Of a DNA stretch of 36,056 bases, positions 23,615-31,885 are shown piece after piece; the first letter of the stretch is position 1; each line of letters begins with the position of its first letter. A program made the position numbers and the translations under genes. The notes under the pieces are model-generated. The model saw only the letters and a program-made list of their open reading frames with translations, was not told the DNA's origin and did not search any database. The DNA comes from Anaerolineales bacterium UBA6128 (GTDB lineage Bacteria > Chloroflexota > Anaerolineae > UBA1429), in NCBI GenBank assembly GCA_002423325.1, contig DIVQ01000208.1, positions 1,983 to 38,038 of the forward strand. Direction: 5' to 3'.

Positions 23615-25024
23615 TCAGCCCTGATGGTAGTAGACGTCCCAGCCCAGGTACTTGGTCATGGCCTCGTACAGGATATCAGCCACCGGCGCGGGGCAGATGG
23701 CCACGTGGTGCTCATAGCCCTCTTCGCAGATGAACTGCAGCAGGTCCTGGAAGGCGGGCACGCGGATGACGCCATAGCCGCCAAACGTGTTCAGCGGGTC
23801 GTCTGTGATCTCGGCCTCACCGATATAGGCGCGGATAGTGCCGTTATAGTCGTCCGTCGAGACGCGGCAGTAGGTAATCGTGGTGGGTTGAATCTGGCCG
23901 ACGATGGTGCCATAGGCGTTCTCCTTGCCCACGCTGCCGGCGATAATCGCCTGATAGTCCATCGAGGCCTTGTTGCCAAAGAGTTGCTGCGGCAGGTTGC
24001 TGCAGTGGAACACCACGGCCTTGTCGGGGTCGTCGCCATAGTTGTTGTTCCAATCCAGCAGTGCGGCGGGCTGCCCCGAGGCCAGCACCATGGCGTACAT
24101 CCCGACGAGGCCGGTGATGTCGGTCTCGCAGGCGCTGGGGATGAGCTTGTTGCTCAGCATGCTCATCATCGTGCAGGGCACCACGCCATAGTTCTCTTCC
24201 ATCGAGGTCCAGCACTGAACCGCGGTGCCGTTGAGCTCGTGTGTCGCGATAAAGTCGTCCATCGCCACCCCGAGCTTGGCTTGCTTGATCAGTGCCTGCT
24301 GAGGCGTGTCTTTGACGTTGAGGTAGGCCTTGATCTCGGCCAGCTTGGCGACGACCTTGGGGTCGTCATCCGCCATTTTGCCAATGGCTGCAAAGATCTC
24401 GGAGAGGTCGACCGACTCGACCGAGATGCCGGCCTCTTCAAGCAGCCTTTCGCTGTAGCGCACGGTGATGAACGCGGCCGGACGCGCGCCCACCTGGCCA
24501 AAGCGCGCCTTGCGCAGGCCCTTGACCACACGGCAGACGCCCGCAAAGTCGCGCAGGTCCTGACGGAAGGAGGCGTCTTCGGGGTCGATGGTGTGCAGCA
24601 TCGTCAGGCTGTAGGGGATGTTGTACTGCGACAGGTTGTTGCAGGCCGACATCTTGCCGCAAAAGCTGTCGCGGCGATTGGCCAGGTCCATCTTGCGCGG
24701 GTCGTCGGGGTAGGCGTGCATGAGCACGGGCACGTCCAGGCCGGCCAGGCGGATCGTGTCGGCGATGCCGCGCTCCTCGCCAAAGTTGGGGAGCGTCACG
24801 AGAATGCCGTCGATCTCTTCGCGGTGCTGCTTGAACAGTTCGGCGCACTTTTTGGACTCTTCATAGGTCACCACGGCGCCATAGTAGGGGGTGGCATCCG
24901 CGGGGAGTACGACGTACTGGATGCCCTCTTCCTCCAACACCTTGAGCATGCGGTTGCGGCCCTCCCGGCACAACTCGCCGGGGAAAAAGCCGCGGTTTGC
25001 GATCAAAACGCCAAGCGTGGTCAT
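23615..25024 (-). CDS. L-fucose/L-arabinose isomerase family protein
   Basis: ATG is preceded by TAGGAGGA. The 469-aa protein has the N-terminal 'GVLIANRGFFPGEL..', 'LPNFGEERG' and 'RDSFCGKMSACNNL' regions typical of the short FucI-like isomerase family. Confidence 0.6.
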   Translation of the reverse strand: MTTLGVLIANRGFFPGELCREGRNRMLKVLEEEGIQYVVLPADATPYYGAVVTYEESKKCAELFKQHREEIDGILVTLPNFGEERGIADTIRLAGLDVPVLMHAYPDDPRKMDLANRRDSFCGKMSACNNLSQYNIPYSLTMLHTIDPEDASFRQDLRDFAGVCRVVKGLRKARFGQVGARPAAFITVRYSERLLEEAGISVESVDLSEIFAAIGKMADDDPKVVAKLAEIKAYLNVKDTPQQALIKQAKLGVAMDDFIATHELNGTAVQCWTSMEENYGVVPCTMMSMLSNKLIPSACETDITGLVGMYAMVLASGQPAALLDWNNNYGDDPDKAVVFHCSNLPQQLFGNKASMDYQAIIAGSVGKENAYGTIVGQIQPTTITYCRVSTDDYNGTIRAYIGEAEITDDPLNTFGGYGVIRVPAFQDLLQFICEEGYEHHVAICPAPVADILYEAMTKYLGWDVYYHQG

Positions 25025-25071
25025 GGGATAATCCTCCTATGCGTATCGATCGGATATTTGTGAGTGAGTCC

Positions 25072-25100
25072 ATTATGGGGCAGCGAACGGCATTTGTCCA
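25072..25100 (-). promoter_or_regulatory. promoter of the fucose-isomerase-like gene
   Basis: Minus strand reads TGGACA - 17 nt - CATAAT. Confidence 0.45.
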
Positions 25101-25130
25101 GTCGCGAGCATCGGCTAACGTAAGCGACCG

Positions 25131-25499
25131 TCAGGGCTGCCTGGCGCGATAGTCGGCGATGGCCAAACGCAGGGCCTCGGGGGCCAGCACCGAGCACGCC
25201 AGCTTGCCCTCCGGCAGACCGCCGAGCGCCTCGGCCACCTGCTCGGGCGTGAGGGCCAGGGCTTCGTCCAGCGTCAGGCCGGTGGCCAGCACGGAGGTCA
25301 TCGAACTGGAGGCGATGGCGGCGACGCAGCCCAGCACGCGGTACTTGATCTCGGCGAGGCGCCCATCCTGCACGCGGATCATCAGGTCGACGCGGTCGTT
25401 GTGCACCGGCGAGTCGACGCGTGCCTGTCCGTCGGGCTGTTCGATGCTGCCGGTGTTGCGCGGATTGGCAAAGTGGTCTCGCACTGCAGCGCTGTACAT
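25131..25499 (-). CDS. IscU/NifU-N-like Fe-S cluster scaffold protein (variant ligand set)
   Basis: I chose ATG at 25499, preceded by GGAGGG. 'HFANPRN', 'LGCVAAIASSS' and 'KLACSVLAPEAL..AIADY' align with IscU. The first Cys of the C-G-D motif is replaced, reading H-N-D. Confidence 0.8.
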   Translation of the reverse strand: MYSAAVRDHFANPRNTGSIEQPDGQARVDSPVHNDRVDLMIRVQDGRLAEIKYRVLGCVAAIASSSMTSVLATGLTLDEALALTPEQVAEALGGLPEGKLACSVLAPEALRLAIADYRARQP

Positions 25500-25537
25500 G
25501 CATCCCTCCGATGGGGCGATCTGATTTGTCTGATATG

Positions 25538-26695
25538 TCAGGCGCCGGTCGCCAAAGCGCGCAGACGCGGGACGTCCTGCTGCAGAGCAGCGAGGACGTC
25601 GTCGATATCCTCGTTGGTCGTCGTGCGCCCCAGCGAGATGCGAATGGCGCCCTGCAGCCATTCGGGGGCCAGGCCCAGCGCCTCCAGCACGTGCGAGGGC
25701 TCGTTGGCGCCGGCTGCGCAGGCTGAGCCAGTTGACACCGAGATGCCGCGCATGTCCAGCGCCATCAGCAGCGCCTCGCCATCGACTTCGGCAAAGCTGA
25801 CGTTGAGGATGTTGGGCAGGCGCGGGGGCGCGGCGCAGTTCACCTTGACGTGTGGGATGCTGGTGAGGATGGTCGCCTGCAGGCGGTCGCGCAGCGCGGC
25901 CAGGCGCGTTGACTGCGCTGGCAGCTCATTGATGGCCAGCCGCAGGGCCGTCGCAAGCCCCACGATGCCGGGTATGTTCTGTGTGCCGGGCCGCAGGCTG
26001 CGCTCCTGGTGTCCGCCGTAGGTGATTGGCTCCAGCGGGGTGCCTTTTCGGACAAAGAGGGCGCCGCAGCCCTTGGGCCCGCAGAACTTGTGCGCGGTGA
26101 GGGTCAGCAGGTCTACGCCCAGGTGGTCGACGTTCACCGGCATCTTGCCCATGGCCTGCACGGCGTCGGTGTGCACCAACACGCCATGCTGGTGCGCGAG
26201 GTCGGCGATCTTTGCCATGGGCTGGACGGCGCCGACCTCGTTGTTGGCCAGCATGATGCTGACAAGCACGGTGTCGGGCCGCAGGCTGGCGCGCAGCGTG
26301 GCCAGGTCCACGATGCCGTCGGCATCCACCGGCAGGTAGGTGACCTCCAGCCCGCGCGTCTCCAGCCATTCGCAGGTGCGCAGCACGGCCGGGTGCTCGA
26401 TGGCGGAGGTGATGATGTGGTGGCCGCGCTGCTTGAGGGCCTCGGTGACCCCCAGAATAGCCAGGTTGTCGCCCTCGGTGCCGCCGCCGGTAAAGAGGAT
26501 CTCGCGCGGCGTGGCGCCCAGCGCCTCGGCCACGCTTTCACGGGCGGCGTCCAGCGCCTGTTTGGCGCGCTGCCCGTCCGCGTGCAGGCTGGAGGAGTTG
26601 CCGGCGATATCCGCAAAATAGGGCAACATGGCCTCGAGCGCCTCGGGGCGCAGCGGTGTGGTGGCGGAGTGGTCAAGATAGATCCTGTCGCACAT
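25538..26695 (-). CDS. nifS: cysteine desulfurase (NifS/IscS class I)
   Basis: 'IYLDHSATTP', 'TAHKFCGPKG' (PLP lysine) and 'SVSTGSACAAG' (active-site Cys loop). The start lies 2 nt after the cysK stop. Confidence 0.9.
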   Translation of the reverse strand: MCDRIYLDHSATTPLRPEALEAMLPYFADIAGNSSSLHADGQRAKQALDAARESVAEALGATPREILFTGGGTEGDNLAILGVTEALKQRGHHIITSAIEHPAVLRTCEWLETRGLEVTYLPVDADGIVDLATLRASLRPDTVLVSIMLANNEVGAVQPMAKIADLAHQHGVLVHTDAVQAMGKMPVNVDHLGVDLLTLTAHKFCGPKGCGALFVRKGTPLEPITYGGHQERSLRPGTQNIPGIVGLATALRLAINELPAQSTRLAALRDRLQATILTSIPHVKVNCAAPPRLPNILNVSFAEVDGEALLMALDMRGISVSTGSACAAGANEPSHVLEALGLAPEWLQGAIRISLGRTTTNEDIDDVLAALQQDVPRLRALATGA

Positions 26696-26697
26696 GT

Positions 26698-27648
26698 CTA
26701 TCGTTCCTTGGCTTCGATATTGCTGGCTTCGAACAACTCGCTGCTCAGGTAGCGTTCGCCGGTGTCTGGCAGAACCACGACCACGAGCAGGCCCTGGCTC
26801 TCCGGGCGACCGGCCACGCTGAGGGCCGCCCAGGCGGCGGCGCCGGCCGAAATGCCTACCAGTAGGCCTTCCTCGCGCGCGAGGCGGCGCGCCGTGCGCA
26901 TGGCCTGCTCGTAGCTGACCGTGATGATCTCGTCCAGTAGGTCGGTGCGCAGAACCCCCGGCACAAAGCCCGCGCCGATGCCTTGGATCTTGTGCGGGCC
27001 CTTCTGGCCGCCTGAGAGCACGGGAGAACCCGCCGGCTCGACAGCGATGGCTTTGAAGCCAGGCTTGAGCGGCTTAATCACCTCGGCGACGCCCGTGATC
27101 GTGCCGCCCGTACCTACGCCTGCAACCAGAATGTCCACTTGTCCGTCGGTGTCCTCCCAGATTTCCAGCGCTGTCGTCTCGCGGTGGGCCTGAGGATTGG
27201 CCGGGTTTTCGAACTGCTGAGGAACAAAGCTGTTCAGAGTCTTGCTCGCGAGCTCCTCGGCCACGCGGATGGCTCCCGTCATCCCTTCACTGCCCGGCGT
27301 CAGCACGATCTGCGCGCCATAGGCGGCCAGCAGCTTGCGCCGCTCGATGCTCATCGTGTCGGGCATGGTCAGCACCAGCTTGTAGCCGCGCGCCGCGCAC
27401 ACCAGCGCCAGGCCGACGCCGGTGTTGCCACTGGTCGGCTCGATGATCGTGGTTTCCCGCGTGATCTTGCCCTCACGCTCGGCTGCCTCGATCATGCTGA
27501 GGCCGATACGGTCCTTCACACTGCCTCCGGGGTTGCGCGACTCTAGCTTGACCACCACGGTGGCCTGCAAGCCCGCGGCGACCTGGTTCAACCTGACCAA
27601 GGGCGTGTGTCCTATGGTGGCGGTAATGTCGTCATAGATGCGGCTCAT
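26698..27648 (-). CDS. cysK: cysteine synthase A (O-acetylserine sulfhydrylase)
   Basis: ATG is preceded by GAGGGAG. Contains '[10 protein letters not shown]', '[16 protein letters not shown]' (PLP lysine), 'TSGNTG' and '[10 protein letters not shown]'. Confidence 0.9.
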   Translation of the reverse strand: MSRIYDDITATIGHTPLVRLNQVAAGLQATVVVKLESRNPGGSVKDRIGLSMIEAAEREGKITRETTIIEPTSGNTGVGLALVCAARGYKLVLTMPDTMSIERRKLLAAYGAQIVLTPGSEGMTGAIRVAEELASKTLNSFVPQQFENPANPQAHRETTALEIWEDTDGQVDILVAGVGTGGTITGVAEVIKPLKPGFKAIAVEPAGSPVLSGGQKGPHKIQGIGAGFVPGVLRTDLLDEIITVSYEQAMRTARRLAREEGLLVGISAGAAAWAALSVAGRPESQGLLVVVVLPDTGERYLSSELFEASNIEAKER

Positions 27649-27704
27649 GGCATGCTCCCTCTCTGTGGGCGTGTCGTGCGGCGCATGGGGCGGCCGACGT
27701 GCAC

Positions 27705-27733
27705 TTGAAGAGTTCTGAGGATTGCGTTAGTAT
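27705..27733 (+). promoter_or_regulatory. promoter of the telA-like gene
   Basis: TTGAAG - 17 nt - TAGTAT. The palindromic TAGTATA could also serve as a -10 (TATACT) for the divergent cysK operon. Confidence 0.4.
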
Positions 27734-27828
27734 ACGCGTGGGCCCCGTCAAGGCAAAGGGGCGCTCCGCTGCAGGCAGTCAGTTGCTGCGTCGGCAGGGT
27801 CAACGTGGCGTGAAGGAGGTAGGGCGCA

Positions 27829-28974
27829 ATGCCAGAGCAGGACGAATTCGCGGTGCAGGCTTCCGAGACCGAAGAACTGGACTTGATGCCGATTGGCACG
27901 GAGCAGGCCGTCGTGCCGTTTGAAAGTCTGCCCCCCGCTCGACAACAGCGCGTGCGCGATCTGGTTGGCAAGATCGATGTGGGCAGCAGCCAGAACATCA
28001 TCGGCTACGGGGTTGAGGCGCAAAAGGAGGTCACGGCGTCGGCCGACCTCATGCTGCAGCGCGTGCGCAGCAAGGACGTGGGCCCGGTGGGCGATACGCT
28101 CAACGAGCTGATGGTGCAGGTACGCGGACTGGGCATCGACGACCTCAAGACGCCCCGGCCCAGTGCCCTGAGGCGCGGCTTTTTGCGGGGGCTCAATCCG
28201 ATTGCGCGCTTTATCCAGCGCTACGAGAGCATTCAGAGCCAGATCGATTCGCTGGTGGTGGTGCTCGAGAGTCACAAGTCGGGTTTGATGCGCGATGTGG
28301 GCGCGCTCGACAAACTCTACTCGGCGTCCCTGACCTTTTTCCATGACCTTGAAGACTATATCATTGCCGGCGAGCACAAGCTCATGCTGGTGAACGAGAA
28401 CGTCATCCCGCGTCTCAAGGCCAAGGCCGAGGAGACGGGCGATATGCTGGACGCGCAGAACTTGCGCGACATGATCGCCCGTCGCGATGATCTCGAGCGT
28501 CGGGTTCACGACCTGAAGCTCACGCGCCAGGTAACGATGCAGAGCCTGCCGCAGATTCGGCTGATTCAGGATGTCGACAAGTCGTTGGTGTCCAAGATTC
28601 AGTCCAGCATCCTGACCACCATCCCGGTCTGGAAGAGCCAGATCGCCATCGCGATCACGCTGTTTAACCAGCGCAAGGCGCTCGAGACTCAGCGCCAGGT
28701 CACCGACACCACCAACGAGATGCTCGCCAAGAACGCCGAGCTGCTCAAGCAGGGGTCGGCGGATGCGCGTCGCGAGATCGAGCGCGGGATGTTCGACGTC
28801 GAGGTGGTCAAAAAGGTGAACGCGGACCTGATCGCCACGATCCAGGAGAGCATCGCCATCGCGCAGGAGGGGCACCGCAAGCGTCAGGAATCTGACGTCG
28901 AGATGCGGCGGATGGAGGAGGAGCTCAAGCAGACGCTGCTCAACGCTCAGGACGCTGAGACACGGATGCGCTGA
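27829..28974 (+). CDS. TelA-family toxic anion resistance protein
   Basis: ATG is preceded by GAAGGAGG. The 381-aa, largely helical/coiled protein has an N-terminal region '..IIGYGVEAQKEVTASADLML..VRSKDVGPVGDTLNELM' that matches my recollection of the TelA family. Confidence 0.75.
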   Translation: MPEQDEFAVQASETEELDLMPIGTEQAVVPFESLPPARQQRVRDLVGKIDVGSSQNIIGYGVEAQKEVTASADLMLQRVRSKDVGPVGDTLNELMVQVRGLGIDDLKTPRPSALRRGFLRGLNPIARFIQRYESIQSQIDSLVVVLESHKSGLMRDVGALDKLYSASLTFFHDLEDYIIAGEHKLMLVNENVIPRLKAKAEETGDMLDAQNLRDMIARRDDLERRVHDLKLTRQVTMQSLPQIRLIQDVDKSLVSKIQSSILTTIPVWKSQIAIAITLFNQRKALETQRQVTDTTNEMLAKNAELLKQGSADARREIERGMFDVEVVKKVNADLIATIQESIAIAQEGHRKRQESDVEMRRMEEELKQTLLNAQDAETRMR

Positions 28975-29003
28975 CGCGCACACGAGGGGACAAAGGAGGC
29001 CGT

Positions 29004-29795
29004 ATGGGATCCGTACGCGACAGACTGTGGCTGTGGGGACACGAGGCGGGCAGTCATAATGAGGGTTGGGGGCTCCCGAGCAGCTCGCGCATGACGCCAC
29101 TCGAGGGCGCCGTCTACATGGGCATCCCCAACCTGATCATGGTGCGCTACAACTCCAAGCCGGCGATGCCTTACGATCAGTACGCGCTGGCGCTGCGTCC
29201 TCTGAAGGGCGTCTATTGGTCCACAGTGGGCGCCGGCGGCGAATCATCGGTGGCGGAGCGCGCGCACGTGGTCGAGCTTGCCAGGCGCAATCCGAACATC
29301 GTAGGGTTGTTCATGGACGACTTTTTCCATCCACCCGAGCATGAGGGCGACCTGGGCGTGCTCTCGGTCGAACAGTTGCAGGGACTCAAGGACGAGATGT
29401 CGGCGGCGGGGCGCCCCCTGACGCTGGGCGTGACGCTCTATACGCACCAACTTGATATGCCGCTGGCGCCCTATCTGGCGCTGTGTGACGATGTGTCGCT
29501 CTGGACCTGGGAAGGCCCAGACCTGGTGGACATGGAGGCGAACCTGGCCAAGCTCGAGGAAATGGCCCCAAGCAGCAACAAGTTGCTGGGGCTGTACATG
29601 TGGGACTATGGGCTGCACAAACCAATGCCGCTCGACCTGATGCGGTTGCAGGCCGAGACCGGACTACGTTGGCTGCAGGAGGGGCGTATCGGCGGGATGA
29701 TCTTGTTGGCGAGCTGCATCTGCGACCTTGAACTGGAGGCCGTGGAGTGGTCGCGCGACTGGATTGCCCGCGTCGGCGATCTGCCACTCGACTGA
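29004..29795 (+). CDS. hypothetical protein (263 aa), possibly a glycosidase-like TIM-barrel fold
   Basis: ATG is preceded by AAAGGAGG. 'RLWLWGHEAGSHN..', 'GLFMDDFF' and 'LGLYMWDY' show an alternating beta/alpha-like pattern. The fold guess is inference only. Confidence 0.55.
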   Translation: MGSVRDRLWLWGHEAGSHNEGWGLPSSSRMTPLEGAVYMGIPNLIMVRYNSKPAMPYDQYALALRPLKGVYWSTVGAGGESSVAERAHVVELARRNPNIVGLFMDDFFHPPEHEGDLGVLSVEQLQGLKDEMSAAGRPLTLGVTLYTHQLDMPLAPYLALCDDVSLWTWEGPDLVDMEANLAKLEEMAPSSNKLLGLYMWDYGLHKPMPLDLMRLQAETGLRWLQEGRIGGMILLASCICDLELEAVEWSRDWIARVGDLPLD

Positions 29796-29859
29796 ACGGG
29801 GCAACAGGCAAGCTTGGACGCTTGCCATGCTATAAAAAAGCGATCGGAAAGGAACAGGA

Positions 29860-30624
29860 ATGGAAGAGCAGAAACCAAAGAAGGAAATCAGGCACCTCGA
29901 CATCACAGACCTGGAGCGCATCGCGCGCTTTCGGCACGCGGGTTACGGCGGCTCTGTCTCTGACGCACTGTACGGTTTGGGCGTGTGCGATACGGTGTTT
30001 TCGGACCGCTTCAAGCCGCTGCGCCAGGGCATGCAGATCGTGGGGCGCGCCATCACGGTCAAGCTGCACTCGCAGGTGGACACAGCCAATCTGCCCGGAT
30101 GGCAATCCGAGCTAGAGGCCAAGTGGGAGGCCGAAGGTGGCCATCCTCAGAAGCGGATGATGCGGACCGTTGCGGACTCGGAGCCGGGATCAGTGTTGTG
30201 CTTTGACTGTGGTGGTGACATGCAGCCGGCGCAGTTCGGCGAGATGAGCTGCCAGACGGCCTACGCGCATGGCTGCCGCGGGATGTTGCTGGCTGGGAAC
30301 TGCCGCGACACGCAGTACGTGCTCAAGATGCCCGATTTCCCCATGTTCACCTTTGGCACGCGCCCGAATGCGTTCGGCGGGTGGAACATCACCGAGGTCA
30401 ACCGCCCCATCTATCTGCCCGGTCACCTGACGCACTATGTCAAAGTCATGCCTGGCGACTTTATCTTTGGCGATAACGACGGCGTGCAACTGATCCCCGC
30501 AGACTTGGTGGACGAGGTGTTGCTGCAGGTCGAGGACACCTTTGCCAAAGAGAACGAAGAGCGCGAAGCGCTGGCGTCCGGTATCTCGATCGACGAAGTG
30601 TACAGCAGGTTCGGCGTGCTCTAG
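29860..30624 (+). CDS. RraA-family protein (RNase E regulator / HMG-type aldolase fold)
   Basis: ATG is preceded by GGAAAGGAACAGGA. 'DALYGLGV', 'GRAITVKL', 'GEMSCQTAYAHGCRGMLLAGNCRD' and 'IFGDNDGV' fit the RraA/DlpA fold. At 254 aa it is longer than canonical RraA. Confidence 0.65.
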   Translation: MEEQKPKKEIRHLDITDLERIARFRHAGYGGSVSDALYGLGVCDTVFSDRFKPLRQGMQIVGRAITVKLHSQVDTANLPGWQSELEAKWEAEGGHPQKRMMRTVADSEPGSVLCFDCGGDMQPAQFGEMSCQTAYAHGCRGMLLAGNCRDTQYVLKMPDFPMFTFGTRPNAFGGWNITEVNRPIYLPGHLTHYVKVMPGDFIFGDNDGVQLIPADLVDEVLLQVEDTFAKENEEREALASGISIDEVYSRFGVL

Positions 30625-30681
30625 TCGCGATACGCGGGCCCCAAGCGGCGCGTCTGCCCTTGCACATGGAGGTGTGGTGTA

Positions 30682-31113
30682 ATGACGAATCCCCTGTGGC
30701 TCATCCCAGTTCTGGCGCCGGTGCTGTTGGTGCTCGGCGTGGGTGTGTCGATCATCGTTCGCAATATGAGGAGTCGTGGCGGCTTTGCCATGCTCCTGCG
30801 GCGGTATTCGACCAAGATGCCGGCACCGGAGGGCGCCTTGGTGAACCAGACGGCGCAGATCGGCACGTCGAGTTGGAAGCAACGCGTCACGATCGGCATC
30901 AGTCAGCGCGGGCTGTACCTGCACCCCAAGCCACCGTTGCTGCGTTACAGTGCAATCGAAATCCCCTGGTCGCACATGCGCTTTGAGGGTGCGGGCACGC
31001 TGGAAGGGATCGAGACGGCGCGCGTAAGCGTGGTGCCTCCGGCAGTTACGCTGGCGGTGCCCAAGGAAGTGTGGGACAAGACCGAGGCATACCCCAAGCA
31101 CGGTGCGTCCTGA
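30682..31113 (+). CDS. hypothetical membrane-anchored protein (143 aa)
   Basis: ATG is preceded by GGAGGTG. It has an N-terminal TM helix 'LWLIPVLAPVLLVLGVGVSIIV' followed by a small soluble domain. Confidence 0.5.
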   Translation: MTNPLWLIPVLAPVLLVLGVGVSIIVRNMRSRGGFAMLLRRYSTKMPAPEGALVNQTAQIGTSSWKQRVTIGISQRGLYLHPKPPLLRYSAIEIPWSHMRFEGAGTLEGIETARVSVVPPAVTLAVPKEVWDKTEAYPKHGAS

Positions 31114-31245
31114 GCGATCGGGTCTCAGGAGCAGCGATGTGCCCTGAAGCAGTGAATCGCTGTCCGGATCCCTGCAGCTTGCTGCTATGCTGTTGCAGCT
31201 GCTGGCGGGCGTGCCGACGCCAGGGGAGAAAGTGAGGAACCAGCC

Positions 31246-31815
31246 ATGTTGCGGGATCTCGTGCTGAAGAATCGCAGTTACAGACGTTTTGACGAAAGTG
31301 TGGCCATCAGCCGCGACACGTTGCTGGAGCTGGTGGATCTGGCCAGGTTGTCGCCATCGGGCGGCAATATGCAGGCGCTCAAGTACATGCTCTCGTGTGA
31401 TGCTGAGACCAACGGGCGCATCTTTCCGTCGCTGGCCTGGGCCGGCTATCTGAAGGACTGGGATGGGCCAGTGCAGGGCGAGCGTCCCACCGCCTATGTC
31501 GTCATCCTGCATGACAAGGGCATCCGCGCCAAGGCCGGCGTGGAACCGGGGATCGTGGCGCAGACGATGGCACTGGCCGCGGTGGAAAAGGGCCTGGGCT
31601 GCTGTATGATTGGCGCGATCCAACGCGAGACGTTGCGTAGCGCGATGTGCATTCCCGAGCAGTATGAGATTGCGCTAGTGCTGGCGCTGGGCGTGCCGGC
31701 GGAGACGGTTGTGCTGGACCCGGTGGGGCCGGACGGCAATATCAAGTACTGGCGCGACGCGGTGGGTGTGCATCACGTGCCCAAACGCGCGCTGAAGGAC
31801 CTGATCATCGGCTGA
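31246..31815 (+). CDS. nitroreductase family protein
   Basis: ATG is preceded by GTGAGGAA. 'NRSYRRFDES', 'ARLSPSGGNMQ' and 'IVLALG' are typical nitroreductase-fold motifs. Confidence 0.85.
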   Translation: MLRDLVLKNRSYRRFDESVAISRDTLLELVDLARLSPSGGNMQALKYMLSCDAETNGRIFPSLAWAGYLKDWDGPVQGERPTAYVVILHDKGIRAKAGVEPGIVAQTMALAAVEKGLGCCMIGAIQRETLRSAMCIPEQYEIALVLALGVPAETVVLDPVGPDGNIKYWRDAVGVHHVPKRALKDLIIG

Positions 31816-31841
31816 AGTGTGTTTGGTCTGCGAGAACGAAC

Positions 31842-31872
31842 AACGTCCCGGGGGTTGGCCCTCCGGGACGTT
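31842..31872. terminator. terminator-like hairpin between the convergent nitroreductase gene and serA
   Basis: 10-bp stem AACGTCCCGG / CCGGGACGTT, with further G-C pairs possible inside an 11-nt loop. The T-tracts are weak. Confidence 0.6.
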
Positions 31873-31885
31873 GTCATCCGGCGGG

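Noticed and set aside
27829-28974. TelA as part of a tellurite-resistance or kla-type multi-gene system.
   Set aside because: There are no TerD/TerC/KlaA/KlaB-like neighbours. The downstream genes look metabolic.
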